A stretch of 64,000 bases of DNA from an uncultured bacterium. GTDB taxonomy: Bacteria; Babelota; Babeliae; Babelales; Vermiphilaceae. The stretch covers positions 832,001 to 896,000 of the forward strand of contig OY970212.1 in the NCBI GenBank assembly GCA_963713925.1. Reading direction: 5' to 3'. Below the pieces are notes generated by a model that saw only the letters and a list, made by a program, of their open reading frames with translations, searched no databases and was not told the origin of the DNA. The position numbers and the translations under genes are program-made. Shown in pieces: positions 58,571-64,000 of this stretch (position 1 is the first letter of the stretch; the number at the start of each line of letters is the position of its first letter).

Positions 58571-60388
58571 ATGGATCTTAAAAAAATTGATCTCAAACAA
58601 TTCACTCCCGATCGTGTGCGAAACTTTTCTATCATCGCGCATATCGATCATGGCAAATCAACCCTTTCGGATCGACTGCTTGAAGTCACCGGGACTCTTT
58701 CTGACCGAGTAAAACACGAGCAATTTCTTGACAAACTTCAGGTTGAAAAAGAACGGGGTATTACCGTCAAAGCGCAAAGCGCCTCTATGTTTTATGAGAT
58801 TGATGGCGTGATGTATCTGCTCAACTTGATCGATACCCCGGGCCACGTCGACTTCAGCTATGAAGTCTCACGATCATTGTATGCATGCCAAGGTGCATTA
58901 CTCCTTGTTGACGCGAGCCAAGGGGTTGAAGCGCAAACAATGGCAAACTTCTATCTTGCATTCGAACAAGATCTCACCATTGTGCCCGTTATTAATAAAA
59001 TTGATATGGCCAATGCCCAGCCTGAGCGCGTAGCCCATCAAATTGAAAGTTTGTTTGATTTCAAAAAAGATGAAGTGCTCCTTGCCTCAGGGAAATCAGG
59101 AATTGGCATTCACGAGATCTTGCGCGCAGTTGTCAAACGCATTCCCTCACCGGCAGGATCGCAAAATAATAAATTAAAAGCACTTTTGTTTGACTCATGG
59201 TTTGATGATTATCGTGGCGTTATTTGCTTAATTGCGCTCCATGACGGATCAGTTAAGCTTGGTGACAAAGTTGCCCTGGCTCAAACGGATCAAGAATATG
59301 AAGTGCTTGAATTAGGTCTCATGTATCCTGACCAACAACCAATGAACGCGCTCTACGCTGGCCAAGTGGGCTATATCATCACCGGCATGAAAACAGTTAA
59401 AGAAGCGCGCGTGGGCGATACGCTGTATCACAGCAAATATCCGGTTACACCGTTTCCAGGGTTCAAACCGGCTAAGCCGGTGGTGTTCGCGGGCATTTTC
59501 CCGATTGAATCATCAGAGTTTGAACTCCTGCGCGATGCTATTGAAAAATTAACGCTCAACGATGCAAGTGTCACCGTCGAAAAGAAGACATCTCCCGCTT
59601 TGGGACTTGGATTCCGTTGCGGATTTTTAGGCTTGTTGCATATGGACGTATTCAAGCAGCGGCTTGAGCAAGAATATAACCTCAACGTTATCGCGACTGC
59701 ACCAAGTGTGATGTATCACATCAAACTCAACACTGGTGAAGTGATCAAAATTGAAAACCCGGCAGACTTTCCAGATCCAAGTCAGATCGATGAAGTGCGC
59801 GAACCAATGATTAATGCAACCATTATTGTGCCAAAACAATATTTGGGCAGCGTCATCACATTGTGCGAAGAAAAGCGGGGTATACAAAAAGATCTCAACT
59901 TCATCGATGAAGAGCGCGTGATTGTGCGCTATCATTTGCCGCTCGCTGAAGTTGCAACCGATTTTTATGATAAATTAAAATCGGTCAGCTCCGGATACGC
60001 CAGCTTTGACTATGAAGAGGCGGGATACGAGGCAGGTGATTTGGTAAAAATGGATATCTTGCTCAATGGCAAACCGGTCGATGCACTTTCATGTATTGTG
60101 CATGAAGATAAGGCCTATTATATCGGCCGCGATTTGGCTGATCGCTTGCGCCAAGTGATCCCACGACAACTGTTTGAAGTTGCCATTCAAGCTGCGATCG
60201 GATCAAAAATTATTGCTCGTGAAACAGTCGCTGCATTGCGTAAAGATGTAACTGCAAAATGTTACGGCGGCGATATCTCACGTAAGCGTAAGCTCCTTGA
60301 GAAACAAAAGGAAGGTAAAAAGCGCATGAAACAAGTGGGCAACGTTGAAGTACCACAGGAAGCATTTTTGACGATTCTGAAAAGATAG
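58571..60388 (+). CDS. lepA: Elongation factor 4
   Basis: AHIDHGKSTL, DTPGHVDF, GFRCGFLGLLH, KCYGGD. Confidence 0.97.
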   Translation: MDLKKIDLKQFTPDRVRNFSIIAHIDHGKSTLSDRLLEVTGTLSDRVKHEQFLDKLQVEKERGITVKAQSASMFYEIDGVMYLLNLIDTPGHVDFSYEVSRSLYACQGALLLVDASQGVEAQTMANFYLAFEQDLTIVPVINKIDMANAQPERVAHQIESLFDFKKDEVLLASGKSGIGIHEILRAVVKRIPSPAGSQNNKLKALLFDSWFDDYRGVICLIALHDGSVKLGDKVALAQTDQEYEVLELGLMYPDQQPMNALYAGQVGYIITGMKTVKEARVGDTLYHSKYPVTPFPGFKPAKPVVFAGIFPIESSEFELLRDAIEKLTLNDASVTVEKKTSPALGLGFRCGFLGLLHMDVFKQRLEQEYNLNVIATAPSVMYHIKLNTGEVIKIENPADFPDPSQIDEVREPMINATIIVPKQYLGSVITLCEEKRGIQKDLNFIDEERVIVRYHLPLAEVATDFYDKLKSVSSGYASFDYEEAGYEAGDLVKMDILLNGKPVDALSCIVHEDKAYYIGRDLADRLRQVIPRQLFEVAIQAAIGSKIIARETVAALRKDVTAKCYGGDISRKRKLLEKQKEGKKRMKQVGNVEVPQEAFLTILKR

Positions 60389-60447
60389 GCGATAATAAGA
60401 AGCAAAACTAATTCGATTATTAATCATTTTTTGCAGGGAGTTTCACT

Positions 60448-60921
60448 ATGAAACGCATATTACTCACATTAGTTGCACTATCCTCGCTTGTTAACGCGGC
60501 TTCTCAAGAGAAAGCAAAAGCATCGGTTGATGATCGAGCTAAAACAATAGTTGACAACGTGTTTCGCGCTGTTCGTTTTATCCCGACCGTAGCGTGTCTA
60601 GGCGTGTACGCATATATTAATACCCAACTACCAAAGACCGATGAGCGCATTAAAGACTCTTATCAGCTTCCTCTCATGGGCGTGCTCTTAGGTTCCGGTT
60701 ACATTGCGAACTCATATTTAGATAAATCAATAGATATTGCAAAGGAACACAGAGAAAAACAACAGGCAGCTAAGAACGAAAAAGAAAAGTTAGACGCTAG
60801 CTTGCATGCTTGGTATGAAGAAACAGAAAACAAGCGCCGCACAAAACAAGATTTTGTCATTCTCGCAACTCTTACAGCCGCAGCTGTCGGTGGCACATAT
60901 TCCTACAACAGAAAAAAATAA
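60448..60921 (+). CDS. Hypothetical membrane protein
   Basis: Signal peptide plus hydrophobic segments. Confidence 0.65.
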   Translation: MKRILLTLVALSSLVNAASQEKAKASVDDRAKTIVDNVFRAVRFIPTVACLGVYAYINTQLPKTDERIKDSYQLPLMGVLLGSGYIANSYLDKSIDIAKEHREKQQAAKNEKEKLDASLHAWYEETENKRRTKQDFVILATLTAAAVGGTYSYNRKK

Positions 60922-60990
60922 TAACTTATAATTGTGAAGGCCTGATTTCATCGGGCCTTTTTGTGGCTTATTTACATTAGTAGGAATCAT

Positions 60991-61508
60991 GTGAAGCGAA
61001 TCATCCTTTCACTTCTTGCGACATGCACAATCGCTCGCTGTCAAGAACAACCTGAAACAAAAAACCAAGAACCACGTTCATACCTACATTATTTAAAAAA
61101 AGATTGGATCCAACACCTATCGTTAAGCCTATTTCAAGCAATTTTAATGCAACCATGAATTTTCTAAATAGAAATCGCCAAGAAATTCTCCAGCTCGGCG
61201 CTATAGGCGGATCTTATTTTTTCGCAAATTATGCATTTCCTTTGGTCGACGGCCGTAATGAGCTATACGGCAATGCCCGGAAACAACAGTTGAGCAAAAT
61301 AGCTCTCTGTATGGGCTCAGAAATAGCACTTTCAACCATAGTAGCACTTACTGATCACTACGTTGCTTCAGACATGGGCCGTGACAGCAAAAAAATCAAC
61401 CCGAATGATCGCAGCGCGCGAGACAGAAATACCATTATACCAATTTGCGCTATAGCCACTTTATCAGCCGGTGCGCTTGCTTTCACAATAAAAGAGCTTA
61501 ATAAATAA
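60991..61508 (+). pseudogene. Membrane protein gene split by a -1 frameshift at an A7 run
   Basis: The signal-peptide ORF from GTG 60991 and the ORF 61104-61508 join if one A is added in 61095-61101. Confidence 0.55.
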
Positions 61509-61526
61509 AACAATCAGGGCTTTTCC

Positions 61527-62048
61527 ATGAAACGTATACTATATGCATGTGCATTTCTTATTTCATCAGCATGTTTCGTTCACGCAGCTGACAATCACCC
61601 CTTGGTTCCGATACAGCCTCAGGAAAATGGGCTTGTCGGCGTTGAGCATTTGACAAGAGCTTTCGCATATGTTCCCGTTGTCGCAGGAATAACGTCTCAA
61701 TTTTTTATTAAAGATATCAGGACGGCTACGTGTGCGTTGGCTGGTGGCTGTGGGATTAGTTTGTTTTTATCGAATGAGTTTAAAAAATTATTTACAAATG
61801 AGATAAAAATAGATAATCGAAATATTCAAGCGGATACGACAACATCAGTTATAGCACGCCTTGAGGAAGCGGGCGTGGTGATCAATGGTGAACCAACTTA
61901 TAGGAACCTTCTTGTTAATCATAACAAGAGACATAAAGCCGTTGTTAAAATTTTAGAAAAAGACAAAATCGTTTTATTAATCCTGAGCGCAGTTGCTTTA
62001 ACTTACAAATTTGGCTCATTTTTTTATGGAAAAATGCAAAATAATTAG
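61527..62048 (+). CDS. Hypothetical membrane protein
   Basis: Signal peptide plus hydrophobic segments. Confidence 0.65.
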   Translation: MKRILYACAFLISSACFVHAADNHPLVPIQPQENGLVGVEHLTRAFAYVPVVAGITSQFFIKDIRTATCALAGGCGISLFLSNEFKKLFTNEIKIDNRNIQADTTTSVIARLEEAGVVINGEPTYRNLLVNHNKRHKAVVKILEKDKIVLLILSAVALTYKFGSFFYGKMQNN

Positions 62049-62056
62049 CCTCAGCC

Positions 62057-62968
62057 ATGCAGACAAAAAAACTCATCCTCACTAGCTTGTTTTTCATTGC
62101 ATTTGTTTGCTTGGCAACGCTTGTATTTTCCGAACATACCGGGCCGATGCCAAGTCGGCCCCTTGTCGTTTGCACGACGAGCATGATTGGCGACTTAGTA
62201 GAAAATATCGCTGGTGATATTTTTGAGTGTCATGTGCTTATGGGACCGGGGATCGATCCACATTTATATAAAGCACGCGAAGGCGACGTGTTACGCTTTT
62301 CGCACGCGGCTCTTATTATTTTTAATGGAATCCATCTGGAAGGAAAAATGGCCACTCTGCTTGATAAGATGAATCGATATAAGCCGACACATGCTATCGC
62401 AAGTACACTTGATCAAAAGCAGATAATTCCACACGATCCGCATATCTGGCATGATGTCAAACTCTGGATTCAAGCGGGTGAGGGAGTATATCAAAAATTG
62501 TGTTCCATCGCCCCAGAACACCGAGAACAATTACACAAAAATTGGCGCACTTACAAACAAGCTCTACTTGATCTTGATCAATGGATTCACTCGCAGATCG
62601 AAAAAATTTCAGCGTCATCTCGCGCTTTAATCACGGCCCATGATGCATTTTCCTATTTTGGTAAATCATATGGCATAGAGGTGCGTGGCCTAGCGGGCAT
62701 CAGCACCGACAGCGATATTAGCATTGCGCACGTGCAAGACCTTGCACATTTTATCCATCACAACAAAATTAAAGCTCTGTTTGTTGAAAGCTCAATCCCG
62801 CGGCGCAGCATTCAAGCAGTGCAAGATGCCTGCCATGCGCTTGGATGGGGTGTCGCCATTGGACCCGAGCTCTATTCAGACGCACTCGGAGATGCAGAAT
62901 CGGATGCAAATACTTATATCGCTATGATTAACCATAATGTAGATGCAATCGTGGAAGCATTGGCATAG
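62057..62968 (+). CDS. Metal (Mn/Zn/Fe) ABC substrate-binding protein, TroA/MntA family
   Basis: MGPGIDPHLY, DPHIW, TAHDAFSYF, LYSDALG. Confidence 0.9.
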   Translation: MQTKKLILTSLFFIAFVCLATLVFSEHTGPMPSRPLVVCTTSMIGDLVENIAGDIFECHVLMGPGIDPHLYKAREGDVLRFSHAALIIFNGIHLEGKMATLLDKMNRYKPTHAIASTLDQKQIIPHDPHIWHDVKLWIQAGEGVYQKLCSIAPEHREQLHKNWRTYKQALLDLDQWIHSQIEKISASSRALITAHDAFSYFGKSYGIEVRGLAGISTDSDISIAHVQDLAHFIHHNKIKALFVESSIPRRSIQAVQDACHALGWGVAIGPELYSDALGDAESDANTYIAMINHNVDAIVEALA

Positions 62969-63077
62969 CTCCCCAATGCAAAAGTTTACAAACTGTAACA
63001 CTCACATCAATATGACTGGTTGCGCTCATCCCCGAATCTGATATAATTATTGCAAATATTATTTCTATGGAGATTAT

Positions 63078-63785
63078 ATGAAATATATTCTATTAGCTGG
63101 CCTGATTTCAGGTTCATTTCTGTGGTCCGGGAACACAAAAGAGCCAAGATCTAGTTCTTGGACTGCTGGCGAGAAAGCATTGTATCTCTGCAAAGCAACA
63201 TGGCCATCACTGGCCTCGATGGTGGGAGCTACAATCAGCTCTTTCGTCGCCCAGGAATATATAAAAGACCCGAAGCATAAGCTTTATGTGGGAGCGGCCG
63301 GAAATGTGATAGGAGCCGTTACTGCCCATTATGTGGTTAAACCTTGGTTGCTCAGACAAGAACAAGAAATCGAAAAAAAGACAGGCAAGAAGGTGCCTTT
63401 TTCAGTCAATGGGTCAATAAGCAGATTCAACCCACATCTTTGGATATCAGCCTTAGGCGGGCTTACCGTTGCTGCTGATGTGATGGATGAATTAATTTCC
63501 GAGAAGAATAAGGTTGATGAGCGCCTCACTGAAGCAATCGATACGCTCGGTGCAAATAACGGTGCATCGCAGAATGGGGCCAATGCCTTAATTGATGCGA
63601 ACATTAACCTAAAGAATGAGATCGCTCAATTGAAAAAGGAGGCGGAAAATATACCATTAATTCCTGCTCGGGGCTTGGCCGCTGCAGAAGCAAGAATACG
63701 ACGACTGCAAGCCGAAAATGCTAGACTCAGAGGAACTGTCACTTCCGCAACACACAACTACAATAACTCAGAACGAAACTATTAA
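63078..63785 (+). CDS. Hypothetical membrane/coiled-coil protein
   Basis: GGAG RBS, hydrophobic hairpins and a C-terminal coiled coil. Confidence 0.65.
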   Translation: MKYILLAGLISGSFLWSGNTKEPRSSSWTAGEKALYLCKATWPSLASMVGATISSFVAQEYIKDPKHKLYVGAAGNVIGAVTAHYVVKPWLLRQEQEIEKKTGKKVPFSVNGSISRFNPHLWISALGGLTVAADVMDELISEKNKVDERLTEAIDTLGANNGASQNGANALIDANINLKNEIAQLKKEAENIPLIPARGLAAAEARIRRLQAENARLRGTVTSATHNYNNSERNY

Positions 63786-63867
63786 GGCATGACAAACGTA
63801 TAAAAGAAAGTAAAAAATGATTTTTATTAACCACCGCCTGAAAAAAGGCGTTAATTCGGAGGTTTCG

Positions 63868-64000
63868 ATGAAACGTCTATCGTTATTGGCAGTTGCGTGC
63901 CTTATTCCAAGCACCCATACATTTGGTATGTTTAAAAAGCAGCAGGAAGAATGGGCTGCAAAAGATCACGCTTATTATTTTTTTAGAGCGGGCGTTCCAA
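63868..64000 (+). CDS. Partial secreted protein, runs off the window
   Basis: GGAGG RBS, then MKRLSLLAVACLIPSTHTFGMFKKQQEEW. Confidence 0.6.
   Translation, partial: MKRLSLLAVACLIPSTHTFGMFKKQQEEWAAKDHAYYFFRAGVP

Overview
AT-rich bacterial chromosomal window, most consistent with Candidatus Dependentiae/Babeliota (TM6, intracellular parasites of protists). This placement is inferred from the many signal-peptide orphan genes, the eukaryote-like effectors and the gene families present; no search was run. Housekeeping genes: mutM (partial), spoVG, tRNA-Gln(UUG), rsmH, murF, ftsK, uppP, acpP, a fabD-like gene, gltX, plsX, rpmF, dprA, an ABC-F ATPase, a nitroreductase, gyrA, lepA and a TroA-like metal-binding protein. 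Accessory highlights: (1) an ~18 kb envelope locus with six paralogous signal-peptide, cysteine-rich proteins ending in a beta-barrel-like C-terminal motif, interleaved with three collagen/BclA-like fibre genes, with a His-rich 33-aa leader ORF upstream; (2) a signal-peptide polymorphic toxin with a CdiA-CT(NC101)-like tRNase tip plus its immunity gene, in a 5.2 kb block bounded by 25-bp direct repeats next to tRNA-Gln; (3) a nested set of intergenic palindromic repeats, including a two-copy ~236-bp MITE with TTA target duplications and swappable internal modules; (4) a FabD homolog lacking its catalytic serine, a GyrA with Gln at both QRDR positions, a gene split at an A7 run, and several putative secreted effectors.
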